64,000 nt of DNA, taken from positions 14,409 through 78,408 of IMG/VR virus record IMGVR_UViG_3300020161_000515; one strand, 5' to 3'. The notes under the pieces were generated by a model that saw only the letters and a program-made list of their open reading frames with translations, did no database searches and was not told where the DNA came from. This DNA is from a virus (lineage: Duplodnaviria; Caudoviricetes). This document shows positions 48,016-57,027 of the stretch, piece after piece (positions within the stretch are counted from its first letter, which is position 1; every line of letters starts with the position of its first letter). Position numbers and translations under genes: made by a program.

Positions 48016-49353
48016 TTATGCTGGAAGCATTATTCCGTGTGGAGTCATATAGTGATTCGTTACTGTTCCGGTAGCAGCAGGGAACATATCTGAATCAACT
48101 TTCAACGTACAAGTATCCATAGGATTATAAGTGATAGCGGTATCAGTAACCTTCAGTCCATAAATGCGACCAAGCTTATCTTTTACTTTCATTCTGGTCT
48201 CAGCCAGAAAGTAATCTGACCGTGAGGCAGTAGCATAAAGACCTGTTCCACCTGTAACATTAAATCCTCTGTTAGGACACATTTCCCTTTTGAAAACAGA
48301 AAGTGACTCTGATTCGCTAAACGAAATAACCTGAGGTGTAAATGCCCAATATGTGTTTCCACCACTTTTATTAGTCATACTTGATAAAACTCTTTGAGTA
48401 ACATCAAGTAGATTTCCATAAAGTTTAGTATGGATTTTGGTCTTCCATCCAGTGAACACAAATCCGCCACTTAGGTTATATTTAATGCTAGAAGAACATG
48501 CCTGAACACTTCTGGTAGGGAATCTGTTTTCAACCCAAGGTAAAATAGCAGCAAGATATTTAGCACCAGCACCAGTATAACCTTCTATGGTTCGTGGCAT
48601 AGCTAACTGACCAAGGCCAATGAATCCAGCAGGAGTGTGAGTGGCAGCATTGTCATAATGTCCAAAAGGTACTGATAGTTCTGTAGCTACTTTTAAATCA
48701 AGAACGCCTGCAGCCGAGTTACCTAAAACATAGCCCATCTTGGCAAAGCCAGCATCTTCAGCAACAGCCCCAGTCAATGGATACTGACCAAAGCACTTAT
48801 TCATATTAAGAGGAGCTCTTAAGTATTTGCTGTTGATATACAAGAAGTTAGTTGAAGCGTTACTTGCTCTGGAATCATCTACTGACAACTCAAAACATCC
48901 GATAACACCGTTTCCATATGTTCCATTAGCAGTACCATAAAGGTTGTTGCTTAATTTTGCGTTAACAGCAAAGTATCTGTTAGTTGCAAATAAATAAACA
49001 ACTCCACCAATAGATACACCTCCATTCAATGAAATGGCCTGATACACTGAAGTTGGTGCTTCTGGATAACTACACTCATTTGTCCCAACATGAGTAGTTG
49101 CGTTCCAAGTTTCGTACACTCTAACCTTAACACCAGATGCGTCAATGATAAAACGAATATATTTATATGACGATCCATTCTTACAGATCGCTTTGTAAAT
49201 AACATCTTGGTTTGCAGTAACGGTGTCATGAAGTGTCCAACCGTGAGCAACTATCCAATCATTACAAGCGGAAAACAATGCTGAAGGTGTTTCTGTGTAT
49301 GAATACGAAATCATCACAGAATTACTTCCTAATGATAATACATCAATTGTCAT
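48016..49353 (-). CDS. Tandem paralog P2, putative receptor-binding/virion protein (445 aa)
   Basis: MTIDVLSLGSNS...HGWTLHD...VYETWNATTHVGTNE...GRIYGLKV...NPMDTCTLKVDS...LPA. Confidence 0.7.
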   Translation of the reverse strand: MTIDVLSLGSNSVMISYSYTETPSALFSACNDWIVAHGWTLHDTVTANQDVIYKAICKNGSSYKYIRFIIDASGVKVRVYETWNATTHVGTNECSYPEAPTSVYQAISLNGGVSIGGVVYLFATNRYFAVNAKLSNNLYGTANGTYGNGVIGCFELSVDDSRASNASTNFLYINSKYLRAPLNMNKCFGQYPLTGAVAEDAGFAKMGYVLGNSAAGVLDLKVATELSVPFGHYDNAATHTPAGFIGLGQLAMPRTIEGYTGAGAKYLAAILPWVENRFPTRSVQACSSSIKYNLSGGFVFTGWKTKIHTKLYGNLLDVTQRVLSSMTNKSGGNTYWAFTPQVISFSESESLSVFKREMCPNRGFNVTGGTGLYATASRSDYFLAETRMKVKDKLGRIYGLKVTDTAITYNPMDTCTLKVDSDMFPAATGTVTNHYMTPHGIMLPA

Positions 49354-49363
49354 GTTGTTCTCC

Positions 49364-50740
49364 TTATGCTGGTAACAGGATTGAGTAACCTGTTAAATAA
49401 TGGGTTGCATCAGTGCCGTTAGTAGCAGGGAATTGTTCTGAGTCTACTTTCAACGTGCAGGTGTCCATAGGATTAAAATCTATAGAAGTATCAGCAACCT
49501 TGATGCCATAAATTCTTCCATAATACTTCTTAACCAGCATAGTTTGTTCTATGGAATATGTCTTTATCGTACATTTTGGACTGTAGGTTAAGTATGATGC
49601 AAAAAGAGACTGTTCTGATGTATCGTGCAAAAGAAGCTTAGAAACAGTATCAAACTCTATCAAGTTTGGAGTAAACGCCAAGTAGTTTCCATTAGGGCCT
49701 ACAGCAGATATTGGCTCATGTGATCTTTGAGACAAGTCTAAAGGTCTGTCTATTTTATTGGAGTTAAACCAGTTGGTAGGAGAATCATAATAGAATCCGC
49801 TGCTTGGGGCATTACCTTCAAATTCCTGACGACTACCTTCATATAGCTCAGTCCATCTTGGAATAGGTATTTCATGTTCAGGAAGAACCGCCATAAGATT
49901 GTTATAAGTAGTCACACTTGTAGAACCTAAAGAAGTTCTAGGACAAGATAATTGTTTAAATCCTACAAAATAATTCTGAAGCCATGCGTTAGCCTGTGCA
50001 TCAGTGTAACTATACCAGTTATTATGGGAATGAAGATAACTTATTACATCTGGATCGTGAGTAAGATACTGCTGAGTTCTCTCATGGTTGTATGGATTCC
50101 TAAAAGTCTCACCTTGAATCATAACACACGCTGTTCCGTCAGAGCTTAAACGCCCATCATCATTAGCGACCTCGAAGCATCCGATAATACCTAATGAGTA
50201 ATGAGTTCCAGGATTGCCATTAACACCCCAACCAGTTGGATCACCATTTGACCAATTTGCTCTTAATGTGCCTACCGAAGTTTTCCATCCAGTAACATGA
50301 CCAGTAGGCCACACAGCATTGCTGTATCTGCCCCACATAGCAAGGTATCGTGCTGTTGCAAACAAGTATAAAACTCCACCTATAGCAGAACCACCGCCCA
50401 ATGACACCACAGGACCTTCGAAAGCACTACCACCGGATATAATATTAATTGCCATGTTGGTAGGTGAATTACTTGTAGCGTTCCAGTTTTCATACACCGT
50501 AAAGCAAAGAGTATTTGGAATATATCCAGCCTGAACCAGTACATACTTAAAGGCAGTCCCATCCTTGGTTGGAGATTTAAATACTCTAAAAGGATTTACA
50601 CCGTCTTGAAAATCGTGTAATGTCCACCCATGTGACACTATCCACATTTGAATAGCTGTTAATAACTCTATATGAGTTGTGTCATAGCTATACACAATCA
50701 TTGTAGAATTAGAACCTAAATCTGTTGTTTCGATAGTCAT
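49364..50740 (-). CDS. Tandem paralog P1, putative receptor-binding/virion protein (458 aa)
   Basis: MTIETTDLGSNS...HGWTLHD...VYENWNAT...GRIYGIKV...NPMDTCTLKVDS...LPA. Confidence 0.7.
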   Translation of the reverse strand: MTIETTDLGSNSTMIVYSYDTTHIELLTAIQMWIVSHGWTLHDFQDGVNPFRVFKSPTKDGTAFKYVLVQAGYIPNTLCFTVYENWNATSNSPTNMAINIISGGSAFEGPVVSLGGGSAIGGVLYLFATARYLAMWGRYSNAVWPTGHVTGWKTSVGTLRANWSNGDPTGWGVNGNPGTHYSLGIIGCFEVANDDGRLSSDGTACVMIQGETFRNPYNHERTQQYLTHDPDVISYLHSHNNWYSYTDAQANAWLQNYFVGFKQLSCPRTSLGSTSVTTYNNLMAVLPEHEIPIPRWTELYEGSRQEFEGNAPSSGFYYDSPTNWFNSNKIDRPLDLSQRSHEPISAVGPNGNYLAFTPNLIEFDTVSKLLLHDTSEQSLFASYLTYSPKCTIKTYSIEQTMLVKKYYGRIYGIKVADTSIDFNPMDTCTLKVDSEQFPATNGTDATHYLTGYSILLPA

Positions 50741-50751
50741 TTAGGTCACCT

Positions 50752-51411
50752 TTATACTGAGTAAACTACGAAGATTGACAAATCTTTTCCACCACCAGCT
50801 TGTAAAACAGATGTAGTTAAGTAGTCTGCAGGAGTCATAGCGACTGCAATATCTACTCTATTACTTTTGAATTGACCAACAGGTATGCTTGGCTTAGTTG
50901 CACCGAAAATTGATGATCCATTTTTAAGAATATCAACAACGATAGCTCCAGTAGATGGAGCAGTACCGACAGAGCAGTAAACGGAAATTAATCCAATACT
51001 AACATACGGATACCATCTGCTATCACTAACGGCAGGGACGATTTCACCGGAAAATGATCCTACGAAGAATCTGCTCTGCTTATCAGCAAGAGCGTTTAAC
51101 GCAACATTGTCTGCATCACCGTAGAATATTGTAAATTGTTCTGCTTCTTCTGCGGCAGCATGAAGCGAGATGTTACCTGCACCAAGATCATATTCTGAGC
51201 TATTCATCAGAACACCGTTTCGATAAACGGCTACATTGGTAACAGGTTGGAAATTTGAATTGGATAGAAGCGTCTGACCTACGGATGCAACAAAGTCAAC
51301 CCTTAACTCTTGGCGAGTTAAAAGAGCAACAACTTCTGGAGCTAATTTTTCGAGGGTAACACTTGCATCCCTGACCTGGGTCTGCGCCCGGACTAGAGTT
51401 CTTTCAGCCAT
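50752..51411 (-). CDS. Putative appendage adaptor protein (219 aa)
   Basis: N-terminal RAQTQVRDASVTLEKL, a central VYRNGVLM...EY domain, and a C-terminal VDILKNGSSIF...DYLT domain common in phage tail proteins. Confidence 0.6.
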   Translation of the reverse strand: MAERTLVRAQTQVRDASVTLEKLAPEVVALLTRQELRVDFVASVGQTLLSNSNFQPVTNVAVYRNGVLMNSSEYDLGAGNISLHAAAEEAEQFTIFYGDADNVALNALADKQSRFFVGSFSGEIVPAVSDSRWYPYVSIGLISVYCSVGTAPSTGAIVVDILKNGSSIFGATKPSIPVGQFKSNRVDIAVAMTPADYLTTSVLQAGGGKDLSIFVVYSV

Positions 51412-51428
51412 AACGTTCTCCTAATTAG

Positions 51429-51469
51429 AAAAAAAGCGCACCCAACTGGGGTATGAGTCGGGTACGCTT
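51429..51469 (-). terminator. Intrinsic terminator
   Basis: Minus strand 14-bp stem AAGCGUACCCGACU / AGUUGGGUGCGCUU (two G.U pairs), 8-nt loop, then a U-run. Confidence 0.8.
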
Positions 51470-51490
51470 CCCTTAAACAATCACTTCAGA

Positions 51491-52732
51491 TTAAGCTTTG
51501 AAATAAATCACTTTCACTTTGTCACCGCTGAAAGGAGCAGAGCCAAAAGTAACAGTAGTAGAAGACAAAGTGTAGTCGTCTGATAATTCTTGCAAGACAC
51601 CGTTTAAGAACACTTGAACGGTAGATGCAATAGGAGTGTTAGCCAAAGTAAATGCGGTGTTAGTTCCGTCAATAGAACCCACTGGGGTTTCACGAACGTA
51701 GGTGTCACCAACAGATTTGCTGTTGACTTCATTGATAGCAGATACTAAATCGCCTTTAGCGGTAGTAGTCAGGTTAGCTTTAACACCGATAGCATCTGTG
51801 TTAGTTTTAACTTGAGTATCTAAAGCGATAGTAGCGGCTTTAATACTGGCAGCAGCATCCAAATAGCTTGTGCCTGAGTAAGCAACCAAGTTACCAGAAG
51901 TGTCTAAACCAGTAGCGGTTTGAGCATTTGAAGCTTCTGTTTCCAAAGTAGTAACGCGATCTTTGAAAGCAGTTGCAATGTCAACAGTAAAACCAGTGTC
52001 TGAAGAACCAGTAACAGCTACGAAGGTTGCAGTACCAGCTACATTAGAGTTAGTGTTGTCGATAATGTCAACGCCAGCAGAAGTGTTCCATACTAAACCA
52101 TCGTTTTGGTTTACATAAAACTCTGCACCAGCGCCTACTTTAAAATAGCCAGCAACGTTAACCTTGTAGTAGTCACCAGCGTTTTTACCAGCAGCAGCCA
52201 ACAGAGCTAAATCTGTAGCTGAACCAGTTGCGCCACCATCTAAAGTACCAACGTAGTTGAACGCATTACCTAATGAAGTAATGGAGTTTTCAACTGCATC
52301 AATAGCGTTATCTACATAAAGCATTGTAGCAGCATCAGTAGGATTAACTGGAGCTGGAACAATTACTTCGCCAGTATAGGTAACAGTACCTGTAACGGTT
52401 TTGCCGCCCATGTCAACAGAAGAGTTGAACTGTGCGCCGCCAGTGATAGCATTGTCACCGATCTTAGCAGCAGTAACCGCTTTATCTGCTAATTTAGGAG
52501 TGGTGACGTTGGCATCAAGGATTTTTACAGTGATGACGGAATCAGCAGCTAATTTAGCATCTGTTACGGCAGCATCTGCAAGTTTGGCAGTTGTTACATT
52601 AGCATCTACGATTTTAGTGGTAGATACTGAGTTGGTAGCAAGCAATTCTTCAATAATTGCTGCAAGTTGAATTTTAACAGATGAAATCTCACGATCTTTA
52701 ATCTGCGCACCACGGATTTGAGTAATAGCCAT
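51491..52732 (-). CDS. Putative fibre/whisker protein (413 aa)
   Basis: N-terminal TQIRGAQIKD; six decapeptide repeats K[IL]xDxxVTxx; PVNPTDAATMLYVD; LTTTAKGDLVSAINEV; C-terminal DGTNTAFTLANTP...VFLNG...DYTL domain. Strong highly-expressed codon bias and its own terminator. Confidence 0.75.
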   Translation of the reverse strand: MAITQIRGAQIKDREISSVKIQLAAIIEELLATNSVSTTKIVDANVTTAKLADAAVTDAKLAADSVITVKILDANVTTPKLADKAVTAAKIGDNAITGGAQFNSSVDMGGKTVTGTVTYTGEVIVPAPVNPTDAATMLYVDNAIDAVENSITSLGNAFNYVGTLDGGATGSATDLALLAAAGKNAGDYYKVNVAGYFKVGAGAEFYVNQNDGLVWNTSAGVDIIDNTNSNVAGTATFVAVTGSSDTGFTVDIATAFKDRVTTLETEASNAQTATGLDTSGNLVAYSGTSYLDAAASIKAATIALDTQVKTNTDAIGVKANLTTTAKGDLVSAINEVNSKSVGDTYVRETPVGSIDGTNTAFTLANTPIASTVQVFLNGVLQELSDDYTLSSTTVTFGSAPFSGDKVKVIYFKA

Positions 52733-52757
52733 GAGTTTATAACCTCTAAGTCACAAT

Positions 52758-52979
52758 TTAAGTTCTCGAACCACGCTTTATATCGCGTAGTCTAATAATG
52801 TGATTATCGAATCTTCGCTCTTTACTAACGTTGTAATTTCTCGTTAATTCGCTGATAGACCAAGGTGAGTTCACAAAATATTCACCCCTCTCGTATTTAA
52901 TCAATTCCCCGCCATTATGCAATGCAAAAGCAGCTAAAGCAATACGTCTAGTATGGATTGTTTGTATATTTTCAGCCAT
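52758..52979 (-). CDS. Small basic hypothetical protein (73 aa), resembles DUF5659-type small phage proteins
   Basis: TRRIALAAFALHNGGELI...F pattern; the family call is tentative. Confidence 0.45.
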   Translation of the reverse strand: MAENIQTIHTRRIALAAFALHNGGELIKYERGEYFVNSPWSISELTRNYNVSKERRFDNHIIRLRDIKRGSRT

Positions 52980-52994
52980 TACACTACTTCACAT

Positions 52995-53480
52995 CTATGT
53001 GGAAAACCAGGTTATCATTATTGAATCCCCTTCTTTTGCAGGATAGGTCATTATAACATCAAGCCCGTTTAAGGAATACTCATGTTGTAACAGACCATTT
53101 CTACTTATTAAGACGATTCCTCCTGCGGGAGCAGAAGTGATTGCAAATGTATCCTGAACTGGGTCAGTTACATCATAGAAGATTTGTTTTGGAAGAGTTG
53201 CACCTAGACCGGATTCACCTTTTGGTCCTGGATCACCTTGAACGCCTGGATCACCTTTAGGACCTGGTGGCCCCGGAGGGCCTTGAATACCTAACTCAAC
53301 GTACTCTATTCCTGAACCAATTTCAACAGTTTCAAGAACGTTAATGGTTTCGACAATCTGAATACCACCAATCTGAGACTCTACTATTTCTAGAGTACCA
53401 GTATTGTCAGTAGCTTCTAGAGAACTCCCTACCTCTACAAATTCTACTATCGTATTAGAATCGACTATATCTGAACTCAT
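52995..53480 (-). CDS. Collagen-like repeat protein (161 aa)
   Basis: Gly-X-Y run GIQGPPGPPGPKGDPGVQGDPGPKGESG; VEIxE-rich N-terminus; C-terminal RNGLLQHEY domain. Confidence 0.8.
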   Translation of the reverse strand: MSSDIVDSNTIVEFVEVGSSLEATDNTGTLEIVESQIGGIQIVETINVLETVEIGSGIEYVELGIQGPPGPPGPKGDPGVQGDPGPKGESGLGATLPKQIFYDVTDPVQDTFAITSAPAGGIVLISRNGLLQHEYSLNGLDVIMTYPAKEGDSIMITWFST

Positions 53481-53836
53481 CTGCTAACATCTTGAGTAAT
53501 TTTTAATTTACCGTCAATGTAGGTTCTTACAGATGAATTAGGACTTGTTATTTGAACATCGAAATAATAGATTCCTACTCCAGCACTAGATATCTCCGCC
53601 CCTGAGGCTCTCAGAACAATATTAGGATATACTCCTATGTTAGACAGATCAACGGTAAGAGCACCATCAATCACATCTAACGCTTTATTCTTCTTGAATT
53701 GGCAAAGTCCTGTGCAGCCAGTAAAATCTACATACGTTCCCGTACCGTCCTTCCAACCTATAGGAACATATAGGTCGTCTCCAGATATAGCTGTAATATT
53801 TAATTCATAAACATTAGGTTTAAATACTTGAGCCAT
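53477..53836 (-). CDS. Small beta-sandwich structural protein, BppU-N/LtfC-like (119 aa)
   Basis: ISGDDLYVPIGWKD...VDFTGCT...GIYYFDVQIT...TYIDGKLKITQDVSR. Confidence 0.6.
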   Translation of the reverse strand: MAQVFKPNVYELNITAISGDDLYVPIGWKDGTGTYVDFTGCTGLCQFKKNKALDVIDGALTVDLSNIGVYPNIVLRASGAEISSAGVGIYYFDVQITSPNSSVRTYIDGKLKITQDVSR

Positions 53837-53865
53837 ACTTTATCTCTTTAAGAGTTGTTACATAT

Positions 53866-53903
53866 AAAAAAACCGCTATAAGTGTTAATTATAACGGTTT
53901 TTT
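53866..53903 (-). terminator. Intrinsic terminator after the major tail protein gene
   Basis: Minus strand AAAAAACCGUUAUAA-7 nt-UUAUAGCGGUUUUUUU with one G.U pair. Confidence 0.85.
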
Positions 53904-53931
53904 CTAGAATATCAAACCGCAGTTTGTAGTC

Positions 53932-54924
53932 TTAGTTGACGATGATTTCCATGTATGGCTGATCTGGATGATTTACTTTATCTTCCAAGATTTCGCAAGT
54001 GAATTTCACCTCAGCCCATTTGTCACCAATAAAGGCAGTATCGCCATTTGGTTTCAATGAACATTTCCAAGCTTGGAATGTGTACTGTGAACCTTCAGGG
54101 TTGTCAGAAACGAATCTGATTTTACCGTTCAAAGATACATTTGAAATTGCGTTGATCTTTTTGTAAGAATCAGCTTCATTTGCAAAGTAAACAGTTCCAG
54201 CACCGACCAAGGTAGAAGCAGCACCGATTTTGATACGACCCAGAGCTGAATCAACAGTGAATTCTGAACCAGCTTCAAACCATGCCGCACCCTCTTTAAT
54301 AACAGCCGCCTTATTGTCAAATACAGGAGCAGCAGCGATGGTAGCGATTTTGCTGGTGCCTACATATACATCACCAGCAACCAAGCCAGTACCAGCCTTA
54401 GCTTTCAAATAAACGTTATTTCCGATTGCGGTAATAACTGTCCAAGTGTTTACTGCTCCGCCGCTAGTGTTAGTAACAACAGCGTCAGCAGGTAAATCAA
54501 CAGCCGCCTTGCCTGCTTCATACGCAACTACAGCTTTCCAAATACCGACTTTTCTAATGCCCAGGTCATAGTACAAGCCTTTTGACACAGCAGCAGGAAG
54601 AGCAGAAGATTTGAAGTCAGATGCAGCTTGGGTCATCGTAACAGCATCACCGTAGAACAACATGCCTAAGTTATCTTCATTGATCTCATCCAACATGAAA
54701 GTGAATGTAGGAGTGATCTGTTTGGTAACTTGTTTGTCTTTTGAAGAGATACCTGAACGACTTGAGAAGTGGTCAAGCATGTCAACAGACATATTGAAAG
54801 TCAACTCTGGAGCGTTACCTAAGTCACGTTCACCAGTAACGTTTCCGTTAGCGTCGAATTTGTCGAAATATAAGACACCTTTACCTAAAGTGTAGTTTTC
54901 AGGATTTGGGGAAGTAAATGCCAT
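53932..54924 (-). CDS. Major tail (tube) protein (330 aa)
   Basis: PENYTLGKGVLYF...ERDLGNAPELTF...DHFSSRSG...LNGKIRFVSDNPEG...LKPNGD...WAEVKF is the typical siphophage tube family; terminator downstream. Confidence 0.85.
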   Translation of the reverse strand: MAFTSPNPENYTLGKGVLYFDKFDANGNVTGERDLGNAPELTFNMSVDMLDHFSSRSGISSKDKQVTKQITPTFTFMLDEINEDNLGMLFYGDAVTMTQAASDFKSSALPAAVSKGLYYDLGIRKVGIWKAVVAYEAGKAAVDLPADAVVTNTSGGAVNTWTVITAIGNNVYLKAKAGTGLVAGDVYVGTSKIATIAAAPVFDNKAAVIKEGAAWFEAGSEFTVDSALGRIKIGAASTLVGAGTVYFANEADSYKKINAISNVSLNGKIRFVSDNPEGSQYTFQAWKCSLKPNGDTAFIGDKWAEVKFTCEILEDKVNHPDQPYMEIIVN

Positions 54925-54952
54925 TGTCTTTTCCTCTTTATAATGTTAAAAA

Positions 54953-55417
54953 TTAATGTCTAGAATCTTCATAACCATAATAAACATCTGTGAATCTGAA
55001 AATATACAGAACAGCAACATCTAATATGGCAGGTAATGGTATCTGAATTTCCTCAGCACCACAAAAATACTCAACTGTAAGATCAGATCCTTGTGTTACT
55101 AAACCTTTGTTTTTAGTAAATCTTTCGTCTAATTCAATAGCCTGTTGAAGCAAGTACATTTTAGCACGACCCTCAGTATAACAGGCATCTTGTTTCATGA
55201 GCTTGTTAACAAACTCTAATTGAATTGGAAGCTCTACAAAATACTTTCCAGGCTTAACTAATTCTTTTTTAGAGACTTGTTCAAAAATATGAATACATGG
55301 AACTTTTCTATCCCATGTTCCCCATATACCACCAGTGCCTTCAATGATCGGTATGCCAGGAAACTTCAGAAGTATTCTTCTTTTAAGTTCGGCTATGATA
55401 TCTTCACGTTTAGACAT
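54953..55417 (-). CDS. Tail terminator protein (gpU-like, 154 aa)
   Basis: MSKREDIIAELKRRI...VPCIHIFE..., directly upstream of the tube gene. Confidence 0.65.
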   Translation of the reverse strand: MSKREDIIAELKRRILLKFPGIPIIEGTGGIWGTWDRKVPCIHIFEQVSKKELVKPGKYFVELPIQLEFVNKLMKQDACYTEGRAKMYLLQQAIELDERFTKNKGLVTQGSDLTVEYFCGAEEIQIPLPAILDVAVLYIFRFTDVYYGYEDSRH

Positions 55418-56039
55418 TGGTATCTAGTCCCGATGCAACTCTGTTTAAGAACTTTCTGATCCAGCCTGTAGCAGGTGTATTAAAGGATTCTGTCAAATAT
55501 GCTATTGGTTCCCACTTGCCACCTTTAAGCTTACCAGACATAACTAAACCTTTACCACCAGAAGCTTCTTTGTATTGAAGCTTTAACTTTCCATTATCAC
55601 CAGTGGCAACGTTGGACTGAATAAACTGATGGACAATATTTGGATCACCTTTAGCACTTTTGGCATAACCGACAATAGTGTAAGGTCCTTTATTGAACGG
55701 TATCGCCATCCATCCACCAGGATGAGAATTAATACGACCACCAATATCAATCTTTCTAGCCCACTTTTCTACTCCACCTTCTTCAGCATTTGGAGTCAGT
55801 GCCAGTGTTATTCTTATTCCAGTTGGAGTTTCTTGAATAGTTCTACCGGAAAGAAGAATGTTTCGTTTTAAAACACCTACTCGCTTTTCAGATATTTTGT
55901 AGGATTGGCTTGACATTAAATCAAGTTCTTTCCTAAACGAAGGAATTGCTCTTTCTTTTAAAGTTTTCTTTACTTTGTTGGCAGCTCTAGTGTTTAAGTC
56001 TTTTCCAAACTGCAGAACAATGTCATATACATTAGACAT
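55410..56039 (-). CDS. Neck/tail-completion protein (~209 aa)
   Basis: RVGVLKRNI...WARKIDIGGRI...WMAIP...PATGWIRKFL resembles virion morphogenesis neck proteins; the ATG at 56039 is preferred over the track start at 56051. Confidence 0.6.
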   Translation of the reverse strand: MSNVYDIVLQFGKDLNTRAANKVKKTLKERAIPSFRKELDLMSSQSYKISEKRVGVLKRNILLSGRTIQETPTGIRITLALTPNAEEGGVEKWARKIDIGGRINSHPGGWMAIPFNKGPYTIVGYAKSAKGDPNIVHQFIQSNVATGDNGKLKLQYKEASGGKGLVMSGKLKGGKWEPIAYLTESFNTPATGWIRKFLNRVASGLDTNV

Positions 56040-56691
56040 AATCCGCGTCACTATAGTTGACGTATTGAGACATTATCGTGGTAACAGAGTCGAGCAAGTC
56101 ACCTAAATTAGATGCTGCTCCAATAGAAGATGCTCCTGCGTTTCCTGCTACGGTAGCTACTCCAAGAGTAGACCGTCTGTTATACCAAGCAATTGTCTGC
56201 AATAGAATAGCATTATAAAGATCATAATGTTCTTCAGCCAATTCAACTCCACCTGTGTATTTAACTACTACATCTCTAGTTTTCTTATGAGAAGTATTAG
56301 GTAAAGACAAAGGACTGTAAGGATCTACAGCATTTGTATCAAATGAATCTAATCGTCCTACCGGAGGCGGAAGCAGTATAGCAATACTGTTTCCGGCAAC
56401 CGTATAGTCCGTTCCTAAAACTAATTCAACATCATCTATCCAAACATTTAATACTTGAACAACTGGCGTTTGCCTTAATCTTATTCTTGTTTTAACGCTA
56501 TGATATTCTTCTATAAACGTATCTTGCATAAACCTTCTGTTGCAGTACGCACAAATATGTGAATACGCAACTCCGGATAAAGTACGAACAAGAGGATCGT
56601 CATCTACCCCACCAGAAATGGAAGGATCAGATATCTGAATCGTCTCGACCGCCTTTGTAACAAGATTGTCTATAAAAGATTCGATAGGCAT
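56032..56691 (-). CDS. Head-tail connector/adaptor protein (219 aa)
   Basis: HICAYCNRRF...LRQTPVVQV...VVVKYTGG...LYNAILLQTIAWYNRR, a gp6/gp15-like pattern; synteny. Confidence 0.75.
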   Translation of the reverse strand: MPIESFIDNLVTKAVETIQISDPSISGGVDDDPLVRTLSGVAYSHICAYCNRRFMQDTFIEEYHSVKTRIRLRQTPVVQVLNVWIDDVELVLGTDYTVAGNSIAILLPPPVGRLDSFDTNAVDPYSPLSLPNTSHKKTRDVVVKYTGGVELAEEHYDLYNAILLQTIAWYNRRSTLGVATVAGNAGASSIGAASNLGDLLDSVTTIMSQYVNYSDADYV

Positions 56692-57014
56692 TATTTTTGT
56701 TCGCCTGGTTCCAGAACAGCTTTGTTTGGAATATTCAAACGGGCAGTATCTTTAACTGGTGGAGCTGGTGGAGCAGGAGGTACTTCTGGTTCAACAACCT
56801 TAGGTTCTTCAACCAGAGCTTCCTTAGCCGCAGATTCAACAGTAAAGCCTACTTTAATCACATCCACGTTGTTAGGGCAGAAAGTTTCTTCCTTCAACGT
56901 AGATCCGATTCTGGCGACCCATTCTTTGTTTTCAGTGTCAACGAAGTTTCCAACTTTTGGATGGATTCCGTTTTCATTGTCAACAAAAGTGTGCATAACT
57001 CTATAAAAAGCCAT
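56691..57014 (-). CDS. Small protein downstream of the capsid gene (107 aa)
   Basis: AGGAGAGAAT RBS; Pro/Glu-rich tail; typical position after an HK97-type capsid gene. Confidence 0.65.
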   Translation of the reverse strand: MAFYRVMHTFVDNENGIHPKVGNFVDTENKEWVARIGSTLKEETFCPNNVDVIKVGFTVESAAKEALVEEPKVVEPEVPPAPPAPPVKDTARLNIPNKAVLEPGEQK

Positions 57015-57027
57015 ATTCTCTCCTATA

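Noticed and set aside
45153-50740. Diversity-generating retroelement (TR/VR pair)
   Set aside because: No reverse transcriptase in the window. The 66-bp repeat is identical and at 5' ends, and mismatches in the other repeats are not adenine-restricted. A DGR elsewhere in the genome cannot be excluded.
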